A program made the position numbers and the translations under genes. Positions 26,694 to 36,360 of a DNA stretch of 64,000 nt are shown here, in pieces. This stretch comes from Candidatus Liptonbacteria bacterium (lineage in GTDB: Bacteria > Patescibacteriota > Minisyncoccia > UBA6257 > 2-01-FULL-56-20), in NCBI GenBank assembly GCA_016204385.1, contig JACQKW010000014.1, positions 2,193-66,192 of the forward strand. Direction: 5' to 3'. Position 1 is the first letter of the stretch; each line of letters starts with the position of its first letter. The notes below the pieces were generated by a model that was not told the DNA's origin, searched no databases, and worked only from the letters and a program-made list of their open reading frames with translations.

Positions 26694-28453
26694 AATGGAG
26701 GAAGAAGTAGTTCCTGTTGCTGCCATGCGCCGCTCACGCTCACCGAGCTCGTCGCCTGGGCATAGCCGGGGGCGACGGCGGTTATTGTGTACGCGCCGGG
26801 AGAGAGGTTTTGGAAAAGGACTTGCGACGGCGGCACGCATACTGAATTGAACTCAATGCTCACGTCGTCAACCTGCGGCGTCGCAAATTCGCTTGCCGTC
26901 ATAAGATATGCCTTATATCTCACGTAGCGATTGCCGTTGTGCTGGCCGTGCAGAACTTCGCCGCTTGCCGAATAATACGTGCCGGGCGTTCCGTCGGGGC
27001 CCGTAAAGTTCCACGTGGCCTGATCGTTGTTTGAAGCGATCTGAAACCGCGCGCTCCCGGGGCCGGTCGCGGGCGGCTCTGTGAGCGGATTCCATGCAAG
27101 CGAATAATACGTTGCGGTGCTCGATCCCACATTGATGGTCTGCGAGACGAGCCAGCTTGTCGTAGTCGTGCTGTACCTGCCATCGGACTCTTGCGCAAGC
27201 TTGAATGATCCCGGCGCCGACTCCGTCTCCACCCCCCCGCTCTGGCTGCTGTATGAACCTCCCGACCAGTCGGTCTCACGCACAAAACTGCGGCCGGTCA
27301 CCTTCGTCTCCGAAAAACCGGCGCTGGAAAGCGTCGTGGTCGAGCCCCCAATCGTCCCGCCGGTCACTGCGTTTTTCACTGTGATAAGGAGCGCATTCGG
27401 CGCCGAAGGCAAAAGAACGAAACTGAACGCCCCGGTGCTTGCGGGATTCACGACCGTCGGAAACAAAGGAATGGTGCCGAGAACATCGGACAGAGAATCG
27501 CTCAACAACGCGTTATACGTATCCCACTCGATGTTCCCGAACGTCCTTGTGCCGCTTGCGTCCGTCGCGGACGTGGTTGAGAACTTAAGGACGTCGGGAC
27601 TCGTGCCGATGAGCTTCGTGCCGCTCAACGTGAACGACTTGCCCGCGAAGGGGCTGCACGTCGCATCGTGGGTCTTTACCTGTATAGTGCTGGTCCGGTC
27701 GATTGCAAAACTTACCGACGTCACCGTCTGCTCCGCCACGGTTGCGTGGGGTTTCAAAGGATTCGGGTTCCCCGGCGCGCCGGGCGGAAACGTCTTCTCG
27801 CTCGAAAATCCCGCTTTTGAGACCGATAGCTCATAGGAGAGCGTGCTTGTGGGAACGTCAACAAGCTGGAACACGCCGTTTATATTCGTGCTGTCGGTCA
27901 AATCTATGGACGGCGACACGCTCGTATTCACCACGCGCACCTGCGCATTCTCTATCGGAAGGCCGAACGCGTCAAAGACGTTCACGAAGAGCGACCCGTT
28001 CCTGCTTGTACTCTCGAGGTTTTGCGGTGCAACCGTGGTGGTAATGAGAATGGGAACAAAACGCCCGCACGTGCCGCACGATGCTTCAAGCTCGATCAAT
28101 TTATAATCCGCCGGCGCCGTATCATTCGGCGCTCCGCCCAGGGTGCCGTCGAAGGGGTCGTCAATGTTCCGGATAACCGTCCGGAGAGTGAAGTTTATAT
28201 CGCTCCACGAGACCGCTTGTTCCTGGGGCAGTATTCCCGCGGGTACCCCGCCCACCGTCCCCACGTTCTCGTACGGGAGATTGCGGATAATCTCGATCTC
28301 ACGGTTCAAGACCGAAACTGCGATCGTCCGCAGGCTTGAATTATTGAGCACGTCGAGGATCGTAAAATAGACAAGGAAAATCCCGCCGAAAAGAAGCGTG
28401 ATAATGCCGAGCGTGAGGACAAGATCAATAAGGCTAAAACCCTTCCGTTCCAT
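26690..28453 (-). CDS. Giant pilin-like protein (587 aa) with prepilin N-terminus
   Basis: MERKGFSLIDLVLTLGIITLLFGGIF, then repeated beta-sandwich-like segments (VRVVNTSVSPSIDLTDSTNINGVFQLVDVP...). Confidence 0.7.
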   Translation of the reverse strand: MERKGFSLIDLVLTLGIITLLFGGIFLVYFTILDVLNNSSLRTIAVSVLNREIEIIRNLPYENVGTVGGVPAGILPQEQAVSWSDINFTLRTVIRNIDDPFDGTLGGAPNDTAPADYKLIELEASCGTCGRFVPILITTTVAPQNLESTSRNGSLFVNVFDAFGLPIENAQVRVVNTSVSPSIDLTDSTNINGVFQLVDVPTSTLSYELSVSKAGFSSEKTFPPGAPGNPNPLKPHATVAEQTVTSVSFAIDRTSTIQVKTHDATCSPFAGKSFTLSGTKLIGTSPDVLKFSTTSATDASGTRTFGNIEWDTYNALLSDSLSDVLGTIPLFPTVVNPASTGAFSFVLLPSAPNALLITVKNAVTGGTIGGSTTTLSSAGFSETKVTGRSFVRETDWSGGSYSSQSGGVETESAPGSFKLAQESDGRYSTTTTSWLVSQTINVGSSTATYYSLAWNPLTEPPATGPGSARFQIASNNDQATWNFTGPDGTPGTYYSASGEVLHGQHNGNRYVRYKAYLMTASEFATPQVDDVSIEFNSVCVPPSQVLFQNLSPGAYTITAVAPGYAQATSSVSVSGAWQQQELLLPPL

Positions 28454-28455
28454 TG

Positions 28456-29526
28456 CTAATTGCTGATGCTCTGCGTCAAGGAATAAATCGGCGTGATGAT
28501 GGAGAGCGCCACAAACCCCACCACGATGCCCATGACGAGAAGGAAGAACGGCTCCATGAAACTGGTGAGGTTCTTGATCGAGTTATCAACCTCATCAACG
28601 TAATATTCCGAAATGTAAAAAAGGTTTTCCTCAAGACTCCCCGTGTTCTCCCCCACCTCGATCATTGCGGTCAAGATCGGCGGAAATATCTTCTTTTCTT
28701 TGCGGAGGTATTCGCCGAGCGGTTCTCCCTTCCGCACGTGCTCCGCGGCCGCCACGAGCGCCTGCTGGTATACCGCGTTGTCGAAGGTGTGGCTTGCAAT
28801 AATCACTGCCTCGACGATTTTAACGCCGCTCTTGAGAAGCACGCCCAATACGCGGGTGAAATTCGCCACATTCACGTCAACCGAGAGGCGCCCCACGGCG
28901 GGAAGCGCGAGGAACACGCGGTCAGTGTACCACTTGAACGACTTCACTCGCAGAAGAAGGCGGTATGCAATAATGAGCGCGACGAAGCCCGCAAGCACCC
29001 ATGCCCCGTAGGCGCGCAGGAAACTCAATAGGCTTATGAGCATCTGCGTGGTCACCGGCAATTCCACGTTCAAACTCGAGAAGATCGGCATCACTTTGGG
29101 AAATACGAAGAACGTGAGGAACGAAGTAATCACCATGGTCATCACGAGAAGGATGATCGGATAGATCATTGCCGACCGCACCTTGCCGTGGAGCGCTTTC
29201 CGCTTTCGCAATTCTTCGGCGAGATACAGAAGATTTTCGGCGAGCGTGCCGCTCGCCTCGCCCACCTGCACGATGCTTAAAAAGAACTCGCCGAACGATT
29301 TTCGATATGGCTTCAAGCCGTCCGCGAGCGATTGCCCGTTGCTGATGGTCGTCACGAGATGGTCGAGCAGCGGGATGAGCTTCTTTGAGCTTATCTGCTT
29401 GCGGAGAATCTTAATGGCGTCAAACAGCGGGATGCCCGCTTTGATCATAATGGAGAGATGCCGCGCAAAATTGATCCGCTCCTGAAGCGATAATCGCACA
29501 TGCGTTGGGCGGCGCGAAAGTGTCAT
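28456..29526 (-). CDS. pilC: Type II secretion / type IV pilus platform protein (GspF/PilC family)
   Basis: Duplicated GspF-type halves (LSIMIKAGIPLFDAIKIL... and LGVLLKSGVKIVEAVIIA...) with three TM segments. Confidence 0.85.
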   Translation of the reverse strand: MTLSRRPTHVRLSLQERINFARHLSIMIKAGIPLFDAIKILRKQISSKKLIPLLDHLVTTISNGQSLADGLKPYRKSFGEFFLSIVQVGEASGTLAENLLYLAEELRKRKALHGKVRSAMIYPIILLVMTMVITSFLTFFVFPKVMPIFSSLNVELPVTTQMLISLLSFLRAYGAWVLAGFVALIIAYRLLLRVKSFKWYTDRVFLALPAVGRLSVDVNVANFTRVLGVLLKSGVKIVEAVIIASHTFDNAVYQQALVAAAEHVRKGEPLGEYLRKEKKIFPPILTAMIEVGENTGSLEENLFYISEYYVDEVDNSIKNLTSFMEPFFLLVMGIVVGFVALSIITPIYSLTQSISN

Positions 29527-29593
29527 GGTAATTTCTCCATCGCTCGGAGGCAGGGTTCGGCGGAGAAAGCCCCCGTGCCCCCTCGGACTTCCC

Positions 29594-30829
29594 TCACTCC
29601 CGAATAATCCGCAAGATCTCCTCGATGCTCGTGATGCCCTGGAGCGCCTTTTGAAAACCGTCCTGGATCATGGTGCGCATCCCGGATTTCACCGCCGCCG
29701 CCTTGATCTCGGACGCATCCGCTCGTTTGAGGATAAGGGTTCGGATGTCGTCATTCACCTCGAGCACTTCTCGAACGCCGACTCTTCCGCGATATCCCGT
29801 TCCGTTGCACAAATTGCATCCTTTGCCCTTAAACAGGCCCTGATGATCAAGTTTCACTTCCGGAAGAAGCTCGCTTAAACTTTTCTTTTCCGCCTCTGTC
29901 ACCACACGCTTTCCTTTGCACTCGGTGCAGATGGTCCGCACAAGGCGCTGGCCCATCACGAGGTTCACGGTGGATGCCACGAGGAACGGCGGCACGTCCA
30001 TATCAATGAGGCGCGGGAATGTCGTTGCCGCGTCGTTCGTGTGGAGCGTCGAGAGCACCAGGTGCCCGGTCAAGGCGGCGTTTACCGCGATGTTCGCGGT
30101 CTCCTCGTCGCGGATCTCGCCGACCATGACGATATTCGGGTCCTGCCGAAGGATTGAACGAAGGCCGCTTGCAAACGTAAGCCCCACGCGGCTGTTCACC
30201 TGTATCTGGTTCGTCCCTTCGAGCGAGTATTCGATCGGGTCCTCGATCGTGATGATGGAAACCTCGGGCCGATTGAGTTCTTTGAGTATCGTGTAGAGGG
30301 TCGTCGTCTTCCCCGAACCCGTGGGGCCGTTCGCAAGAATCATGCCGTACGGCTTCTTGATCGCGCGATACACGATGTCGTACTCCTTTTCCTGGAATCC
30401 GAGGTCTTTGAGCGCAAATGTCCTTGTTTCCGCAAGAATCCGCATCACCGCGTTCTCTCCATAGTGCGTGGGCGCGATCGAAACGCGCACGTCCGCGTTG
30501 CCGATGCCCTCGATTTCCGCCTTGAACCGCCCGTCCTGCGGCTCATTGTGCTCGTCGGTGCGGAGCCCCGAGAGCACCTTGATGCGGCTGATGATCTCCG
30601 GCTGGAGGCCCATCGAAATGCCGATGTGGTCGAAAATGTCCTGCAGTATCCCGTCGATCCGGAATCGGATGCGAAGCCGGTGCTCGCCGGGCTGAATATG
30701 AATGTCAGACGCTTGCGAAATGTATGAGTACGCGATAAAGAGATCCACCAGCTTGATGATGGAAATCTCCTCGATTGGCTTGATTAGCTGCTTCTCGATC
30801 TCAACCTTGAGCGCCTGCGCGTCTTTCAT
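29594..30829 (-). CDS. pilB: Type IV pilus assembly ATPase (GspE/PilB family)
   Basis: Walker [13 protein letters not shown], Asp box, Walker [10 protein letters not shown], His box [10 protein letters not shown], and tetracysteine CTECKG...[12 protein letters not shown]. Confidence 0.9.
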   Translation of the reverse strand: MKDAQALKVEIEKQLIKPIEEISIIKLVDLFIAYSYISQASDIHIQPGEHRLRIRFRIDGILQDIFDHIGISMGLQPEIISRIKVLSGLRTDEHNEPQDGRFKAEIEGIGNADVRVSIAPTHYGENAVMRILAETRTFALKDLGFQEKEYDIVYRAIKKPYGMILANGPTGSGKTTTLYTILKELNRPEVSIITIEDPIEYSLEGTNQIQVNSRVGLTFASGLRSILRQDPNIVMVGEIRDEETANIAVNAALTGHLVLSTLHTNDAATTFPRLIDMDVPPFLVASTVNLVMGQRLVRTICTECKGKRVVTEAEKKSLSELLPEVKLDHQGLFKGKGCNLCNGTGYRGRVGVREVLEVNDDIRTLILKRADASEIKAAAVKSGMRTMIQDGFQKALQGITSIEEILRIIRE

Positions 30830-30945
30830 AAGCGGTTAGATTCATTATAGCACAGAGATAGGCAAAAAAATCGCCATTCTGCGAGCATGCGAAAAAGAAC
30901 CGGGCGTGCGGCGGCCGCTCCCCGCGCCGAACACCCAAAAAATCC

Positions 30946-31962
30946 CTATTTCACCGCATTCACGGCCCCTGTTTCCGCGCTCACTTCAAGATTCACCTGC
31001 TGCGTTCCTTTCGTTCCCCTCATTTTCCACGTGGGTTTTCCCGCGGAACTCACTAACTTCATGGTGAGGATGGCACTCGCGTGTCCCCCGCCGATCGCAA
31101 GCTCGAGCGCGCGCGAGGCCGGAACCGCAAGCCCTTCTTCGCTCAATTGAAAATCCCTGCTTTTAAGGACGTTTCCCACATATTCAAGGCGGATCGCGGG
31201 ATGCAATTCAAAATTTTCTTTTACCTCTCCGTTCTCATCCATCCCAACGGTCGCCCGATTGACCACCGTACCACTCACCACATTCACGGTAGTATCCCTG
31301 CCAATGTTTATAATCGCTTTTCCCCGGCTCGTTGCGGAGACCACGGGGAAGAACAGATATTCGCCGTCTCCGGTCACGTGAAGCGACTTTGCCGCATCGA
31401 AATCCAAAATCACGCCGGTCGCCTCGCCTCGCCGCACCTCAATGGAAATGAGAAACGAGAGGTTGCCCGAAGGAAGCTTCGCGGAGCGCGATGATCCGTC
31501 GAATCCCGTAATCTCGATGCCGCCGACGGTAAAGGATATTTTCCCGTAGTTCCCTTCGCGAATGTTCGCGTCAGAGAGAAGCGCGATCGTGCCCGAGCGG
31601 TCGAGCGCCAAAAGGTCAAACCGCTTCGGCGCGTTTACCACCGTCACCCACCCGGACTGCGGACTGTGCACCCGAAGCTCCCGTACGGTAATAAAAAGAG
31701 ATTTGAAGGAACCGAGCGCCGCAGTTTCATCGGTCACGCCGAATACCACGCGCCCGGAATTCGCGGTTGGCCTCGGGGTTGCCGCAGGCGCCTGCGGAGC
31801 GATGCCGGTCTGTATGCCGCCTTCGATTTCAGATTTCCCGGCAGGTTCTGCGGCGGCGAGGCCGCCCGCCGGAGCCGGCGCCCGCGCCGGGAGATTCATG
31901 AGCAACACCGCGCCCACAAGGACAAGCGCCGCAATTCCTATCACCGCATATTTTTGGTTCAT
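30946..31962 (-). CDS. Secreted/lipid-anchored protein, DUF4382-like
   Basis: The ATG at 31962 gives MNQKYAVIGIAALVLVGAVLLMN.... Later VVFGVTDE...LFITVRELRVHSPQSGWVTVVNAPKRFDLLAL resembles DUF4382. The 549-aa ORF-track extension is rejected. Confidence 0.6.
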   Translation of the reverse strand: MNQKYAVIGIAALVLVGAVLLMNLPARAPAPAGGLAAAEPAGKSEIEGGIQTGIAPQAPAATPRPTANSGRVVFGVTDETAALGSFKSLFITVRELRVHSPQSGWVTVVNAPKRFDLLALDRSGTIALLSDANIREGNYGKISFTVGGIEITGFDGSSRSAKLPSGNLSFLISIEVRRGEATGVILDFDAAKSLHVTGDGEYLFFPVVSATSRGKAIINIGRDTTVNVVSGTVVNRATVGMDENGEVKENFELHPAIRLEYVGNVLKSRDFQLSEEGLAVPASRALELAIGGGHASAILTMKLVSSAGKPTWKMRGTKGTQQVNLEVSAETGAVNAVK

Positions 31963-32088
31963 GTAAATAGTATACCTCGCGCGCGGCGAAAGTGAACACC
32001 GCGCATGGATCCGCATTGCATCCTTCCGCGAGATCGGTATACTTGATTCCAGCATTGATTTTCCACATTCAGAGAAAGGGGGTGCGAG

Positions 32089-32760
32089 ATGGCGCAGAGT
32101 GCCCGCGGAAGGAATCAGGAAGAACGCTGGTTCAAGATGCTCTTTTTTGCCTTCGATATTCTGCATCGGCGCGTATTCGGAGAAACGGATATCACGGAAC
32201 GCATCGTCATCGAACCGGATGGGTGCGACTACGTGATGCGCTATTTCTCCCCGGCCGAAGTACGCACGGAGCTTCCACCGCAATCCAAGAGAATTCTCGA
32301 GAGAAGAAAGCTCCGCAAGGGGCAGGATGCATTCGTCCTCGAGCGCGAGGGATTTCTCGAATATCTTCATGACATGCCCGCGCTCTACGGAGAAGTGCTC
32401 GGCGTGAATGGCTCCCGCCCGATCCCGAAGCGCCTTTTGATCGCGCTCCTTGCGCTCCACGAGTGCCGGCACAAAGCGCATGCGCGGAAGTTGGTGCGGC
32501 ACGTCTCCGAGCGGAACATACTCGACCGCATGGACGGCCACCTCCCGAAGCGCGAGCATCCGGAATTCGTACATCTCTCCACACAATTTTTTCAAATGGT
32601 GCTCGAGATCACGGAAGAGCTGAAATCAATCCCGCCCGACGAAACGGACGCGTATCTCGTCGAGGCCCTCGGCCTCTACTTCTGGGAACGGAGCCGAACG
32701 AGCGACCTCTCGCTTCTTGCGAAGCATTTCTCACGGTTTGTGCTCCTTGCGCCTCGATAA
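32089..32760 (+). CDS. Hypothetical protein (223 aa)
   Basis: ATG preceded by the SD-like agaaaggggg, and a rho-independent terminator 30 nt after the stop. Preferred over the overlapping minus-strand ORFs. Confidence 0.55.
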   Translation: MAQSARGRNQEERWFKMLFFAFDILHRRVFGETDITERIVIEPDGCDYVMRYFSPAEVRTELPPQSKRILERRKLRKGQDAFVLEREGFLEYLHDMPALYGEVLGVNGSRPIPKRLLIALLALHECRHKAHARKLVRHVSERNILDRMDGHLPKREHPEFVHLSTQFFQMVLEITEELKSIPPDETDAYLVEALGLYFWERSRTSDLSLLAKHFSRFVLLAPR

Positions 32761-32790
32761 GGAACCATACTCTCGTACCTTGAACACACG

Positions 32791-32822
32791 ACCCGCAGAC
32801 TTACTTTGCGGGTCTTTTTATT
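32791..32822 (+). terminator. Rho-independent terminator
   Basis: acccgca/tgcgggt 7-bp stem followed by ctttttatt. Confidence 0.7.
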
Positions 32823-32875
32823 CCCTACCGTCTAATCCGACGGTCGTCGGATTGGACAGTAAACAGTGCAAAATT

Positions 32876-33328
32876 TCAAATCCAGCGGCGAACGGTTCGC
32901 GCGTATTCCTCGTACGCCGCGCCGAACCGCTCGCGGAGCCGTTTCTCCTCGAAGGGAATGACGACGCGATCCAAGACCGCGTAGAAGAGGATGAGCGGGA
33001 GGAACGAGGAGAACGAGCCCATGGTCGCGGAGGCGCCCAAAAGCATAAGCAAGTATCCGAGGTAGACGGGATTTCTCGAGACGCGGTACGGACCCTCCCT
33101 CACTAAATGCGTGGGCATGCCGCCCGGATAGACGGTGGTCTTATGTTTTTCAAAGAGCCGAAAGAATGCAATCAGAAAATAAAGGCCAATCGCCATGGGT
33201 GCGAGGCCCAAGAGCGTGTAGGGATAAAGGAGCCATTCATACAAGGGCTCGCGGCGGTCGAGAATCACCTCGAGCGCGAGCGAGGCGAAAAACGCGCCGA
33301 GCGGAATGAGGTTGTAGAGGTATTTCAT
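32876..33328 (-). CDS. Isoprenylcysteine carboxyl / phospholipid methyltransferase family membrane protein
   Basis: VREGPYRVSRNPVYLGYLLMLLGASATMGS...EEKRLRERFG is a typical ICMT/PEMT C-terminal motif. Confidence 0.7.
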   Translation of the reverse strand: MKYLYNLIPLGAFFASLALEVILDRREPLYEWLLYPYTLLGLAPMAIGLYFLIAFFRLFEKHKTTVYPGGMPTHLVREGPYRVSRNPVYLGYLLMLLGASATMGSFSSFLPLILFYAVLDRVVIPFEEKRLRERFGAAYEEYARTVRRWI

Positions 33329-33412
33329 AATAAGGCTTCTTCGGGATCGGTCTAAGAGTTCGGCTGACTCGCTTGCCCTGAACGTAGTTGAAAGGGGCTC
33401 GGTCGGGGTTTT

Positions 33413-33624
33413 TTACCCGTTATCCCAATCTTCACTTGAGATGCCCGCCTGCCGCAAGATTTCCGCGACAAGGTGCTTCGAGATGTCGCTCCGATGCGGA
33501 TTGGGGATTCTCACTTTTAATTCGCCGCGCACCATAAATAAATGACGGCCGCTGAATAGGGGCCGCTGAATCCCAACTTCCTGAATTTCTGGACAAGCTT
33601 CCGCCACGAAATGCTTTTTGGCAT
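33413..33624 (-). pseudogene. hicA: HicA-family toxin gene disrupted by a 1-nt frameshift
   Basis: Frame 1 from the ATG at 33624 reads MPKSISWRKLVQKFRKLGFSGPYS. Frame 2 continues GRHLFMVRGELKVRIPNPHRSDISKHLVAEILRQAGISSEDW*. The switch lies near 33548..33556. One extra G would restore ...LGFSGPYSGGRHLFM.... Confidence 0.65.
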
Positions 33625-33637
33625 GCATCCAAAAAGG

Positions 33638-33886
33638 TTATCGAGAGGACTTCACTAATTCGCGGCGGTCAACTTTGACTGAAAAACCAGGAACCCGTTC
33701 GTGATCCCGCACCTTTAGAATCAACCAATCTTCCAGAACTTCGCGTAATTCCTTCCGGCAGTCCTCTAAATTCTTCGCACTTGCCCATACGCCCTTGAGC
33801 CCGGGAATTTCACCGAAATAAACCCCGTTTTTAAGGAGTTTGTAACGAGCCTCTTTCAGTTTTTTGAGTATGTAATCGCTCAACAT
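33638..33886 (-). CDS. hicB: HicB-like antitoxin (UPF0150-type)
   Basis: MLSDYILKKLKEARYKLLKNGVYFGEIPGLKGVWASAKNLEDCRKELREVLEDWL. Lies 13 nt upstream of hicA. The ATG at 33886 is preferred over the TTG at 33943. Confidence 0.65.
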   Translation of the reverse strand: MLSDYILKKLKEARYKLLKNGVYFGEIPGLKGVWASAKNLEDCRKELREVLEDWLILKVRDHERVPGFSVKVDRRELVKSSR

Positions 33887-34010
33887 CTTTTCAATATTAG
33901 CACTACTGGCCACGCGATTCAATCTCTCCTTTGTGTGCTTCAAAACTCTACTGACCCGCCCACCCCGTAAAATCCATCAGAGATGGATTTTACGGAGTCT
34001 CGGTCACAGG

Positions 34011-34556
34011 CTATACCCGCTTAAGGTAACGATCAACTTTCAATAGCGCAACGCAAGTCGCTGAATGAGTGATCTTGCTCTCCATAACCAAGCGGATAGC
34101 TTTCTTCAACGGCACTTTGATAACTTTGATGCTTTCTGTGCCTTCCTGATTCGCTTTCCCTTGCGATAAACCGCGCGCGAGATACATGTGGTTCGGGGAG
34201 TAAACGACTGTGGTAAAAGGGTCTACTGCGCCGAGGTAGGTCCATCGTTTTGCGTTTAAACCAGTTTCTTCTTTGAGTTCCCGCTTTGCGGCGCTTAATT
34301 TGCTCTCTCCCCTGTCAATTCCGCCGCTTATTGCTTCGATGGTCACCCTGCCAACTCCGTAGTGATATTCTTTCGTGAGATACACGTTATCCCTGTTGTC
34401 GAGAGGAATTACCGAACTGCCGGGCAACATTGTTACCACCCCGAAGATACCCCTCTTCCCATCCGGGCGAATCACACTATCTTCGCGGACAGATATCCAG
34501 CGGTTTTTATAGACAATTCTACTCTTTTTTATTTTCCACGACCCTCGTTTTTTCAT
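34011..34556 (-). CDS. NUDIX hydrolase (ADP-ribose pyrophosphatase-like)
   Basis: Nudix box GGIDRGESKLSAAKRELKEETGL. Confidence 0.8.
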   Translation of the reverse strand: MKKRGSWKIKKSRIVYKNRWISVREDSVIRPDGKRGIFGVVTMLPGSSVIPLDNRDNVYLTKEYHYGVGRVTIEAISGGIDRGESKLSAAKRELKEETGLNAKRWTYLGAVDPFTTVVYSPNHMYLARGLSQGKANQEGTESIKVIKVPLKKAIRLVMESKITHSATCVALLKVDRYLKRV

Positions 34557-34580
34557 GGCGTGATTATACTGCCTAGTCGG

Positions 34581-35207
34581 CTATGACTTCTGTCCCCAAA
34601 CAACGACCCAAGGGACATTCACCCGTTTGAGTTCATCTTTGGCGATTGCGGAGTAAATTATTTTGAAGCCCACCTTGCACAGTAGGGCTTCAATTTCCTT
34701 TTTAGTGAAGAACGTGAAGAATCTGCCCCGATCTTGAGACAATATTTCTTTCACTAAACGTGATCCCCTACCTTGCTTTACTGCAACGTGCACTATACCC
34801 CCAGATTTGAGTATACGGTAAAAATTTTTTAAGACCCTCGCCAATTCGTTTCTCTTGAGATGCATTAAAACAGCGTTTGCCCAAATACCATCGAATGAGT
34901 AGGCAGGAAAGGTAATACTTCTCAAATCTTTCCGAAGAAATTTTACTCTAGGCGAGTATTTTTCTGCTTCCTTCACAAAAACATCGGACGCGTCTATCCC
35001 GACAACTTGAAATCCTCTTCTTGCGAAGACCTTGCTATCTCTGCCGCCCGCAGAACCCACATCCAAAACCTTGGCGTTCGCAGGAAACATTTTCATAAAT
35101 CGAGCACGCTGCCTTGGTACTGCTCTTGAAATACGCCTAATGTAGCGCTTGCCTAAGTGATTATAGGTTGAGATCGTTTCCTTATATAAATCCGTCACAT
35201 TTAACAA
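34581..35207 (-). CDS. Class I SAM-dependent methyltransferase
   Basis: Motif I VLDVGSAGGRDS, later IWANAVLMHL. TTG start as given by the ORF track. Confidence 0.75.
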   Translation of the reverse strand: MLNVTDLYKETISTYNHLGKRYIRRISRAVPRQRARFMKMFPANAKVLDVGSAGGRDSKVFARRGFQVVGIDASDVFVKEAEKYSPRVKFLRKDLRSITFPAYSFDGIWANAVLMHLKRNELARVLKNFYRILKSGGIVHVAVKQGRGSRLVKEILSQDRGRFFTFFTKKEIEALLCKVGFKIIYSAIAKDELKRVNVPWVVVWGQKS

Positions 35208-35310
35208 TCGTGTGTTTCTCGATGGATTCGACGTGGTTCACCACAAGTCGCGCGTCGCGCACATCATACCGCGTTTTTGAGAAAAAATCCAAATAGAAAA
35301 TGATGACAGC

Positions 35311-35339
35311 TTGACATTTCTATGAAAAGGGTTTATAAT
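35311..35339 (+). promoter_or_regulatory. Sigma-70-type promoter
   Basis: TTGACA, 17 nt, TATAAT. Lies 48 nt upstream of the ATG at 35387, which has the SD gggagg. Confidence 0.6.
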
Positions 35340-35386
35340 GCCGTTTAGCATTTAACCATAAGCCGCATGGCGGCGGGAGGTGAAAA

Positions 35387-35833
35387 ATGAGCTGGAAGTT
35401 GATAGCCCTCGGCCCGCTCTTCATGTGGGCCCTCTATGCAGTCTTCGGATCGCTTTCGAGCAAGGCGAACGGCGAGCGCGTTACGATGGCCGCGGAAGCC
35501 GGCGCGATGGTAGCAGTTGCCATGTTCGCGTTTCGAGCTGGTGACGTGAGCGACTTTCGTCGCGTGACCGCGCTCTCCGCGATCTTCATGATCGTGACGG
35601 GGCTCATGTCGGCGGCGGGCGTGCTCACCCAATTCTACGCTTTCCGCATCGCCCCGCAGAACCATCAGGGAACGGTGGCGATGCTCGGAGGGATGTTCCC
35701 GGTCTTGGGATTCGCGATCCTCGACCTCATGCACCGCGTCGGCATCCCCGGCGGCTCCCCCGGCAGTTCCCGCCAGTGGATCGGCGTCGCCCTTGCCGCT
35801 CTCGGGCTCTGGTTCGTAGGCAGCGGACGCTAA
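35387..35833 (+). CDS. Small membrane protein (EamA-half-like, 148 aa)
   Basis: Four or five hydrophobic helices. Own promoter, SD and terminator. Confidence 0.6.
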   Translation: MSWKLIALGPLFMWALYAVFGSLSSKANGERVTMAAEAGAMVAVAMFAFRAGDVSDFRRVTALSAIFMIVTGLMSAAGVLTQFYAFRIAPQNHQGTVAMLGGMFPVLGFAILDLMHRVGIPGGSPGSSRQWIGVALAALGLWFVGSGR

Positions 35834-35856
35834 TATGGCGAAGATCGAAGCAGTGC

Positions 35857-35885
35857 GGACGCGGCCACGGTCGCGTCCTTTTTTT
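35857..35885 (+). terminator. Rho-independent terminator
   Basis: ggacgcg/cgcgtcc stem followed by a T7 run. Confidence 0.75.
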
Positions 35886-35898
35886 ACGCCTCGCGGAT

Positions 35899-35927
35899 TT
35901 GATTCAATTTCTCAAAAACCCTAAACT
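35899..35927 (+). promoter_or_regulatory. Putative promoter of tRNA-Gln
   Basis: TTGATT, 17 nt, TAAACT. Ends 12 nt before the tRNA 5' end. Confidence 0.5.
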
Positions 35928-35938
35928 GTACTCGCAAT

Positions 35939-36009
35939 TGCCGGGTCGTCTAACGGTAGGACGTTTGGCTCTGAACCAAAAAATTGGGGTTCGATTCCCT
36001 GCCCGGCAG
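35939..36009 (+). tRNA. tRNA-Gln (anticodon CUG)
   Basis: Hand-folded cloverleaf: acceptor TGCCGGG/CCCGGCA (U1-A72), D arm GTCT-AACGGTA-GGAC, anticodon arm TTTGG-CTCTGAA-CCAAA, T arm TGGGG-TTCGATT-CCCTG. No encoded CCA. Confidence 0.85.
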
Positions 36010-36093
36010 CAGTTAGATTTTGCCGCGCGCAAGCGCTTGCAAAATCAACTGTCCCGAGCGAGGCGTAGCCGACGAGGGACTTAAAATAACACG

Positions 36094-36360
36094 ATGTACT
36101 TCGTCTATATCATTCGGTGTAGCGATAAAAGTTTTTATACGGGTATCACTAGCGATTTAAAAAGGAGATTTAAACAACACAAGAACAAAAGGGGCGGGAA
36201 CTACACTCAATCTCATCGAGTAGAAAAAATAGTGTATACCGAGCAGTTCAAAACAAGAAGCGGAGCTCTCAAGCGTGAATCTGAAATCAAACGTTGGCGG
36301 CGGGAGAAAAAATTGGATTTAATTAAAAACGACCATGCCGCACATTCACGAAAAAATTGA
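36094..36360 (+). CDS. GIY-YIG nuclease family protein (small, UPF0213-like)
   Basis: MYFVYIIRCSDKSFYTGITSDLKRRFKQHK...ALKRESEIKRWRREKK. Confidence 0.8.
   Translation: MYFVYIIRCSDKSFYTGITSDLKRRFKQHKNKRGGNYTQSHRVEKIVYTEQFKTRSGALKRESEIKRWRREKKLDLIKNDHAAHSRKN

Noticed and set aside
33547-33571. A 14-nt tandem duplication as the cause of the hicA disruption.
   Set aside because: Removing one repeat unit restores the frame but leaves only 4 residues between the LGF and H positions. HicA proteins have about 9. A single-nucleotide indel reproduces the expected spacing, LGFSGPYSGGRH.
35311-35322. The shared 12-mer ttgacatttcta at 35311 and 44666 as a dispersed repeat.
   Set aside because: Both copies are the -35 box plus the start of the spacer of good promoters. 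It is too short to call a repeat family.
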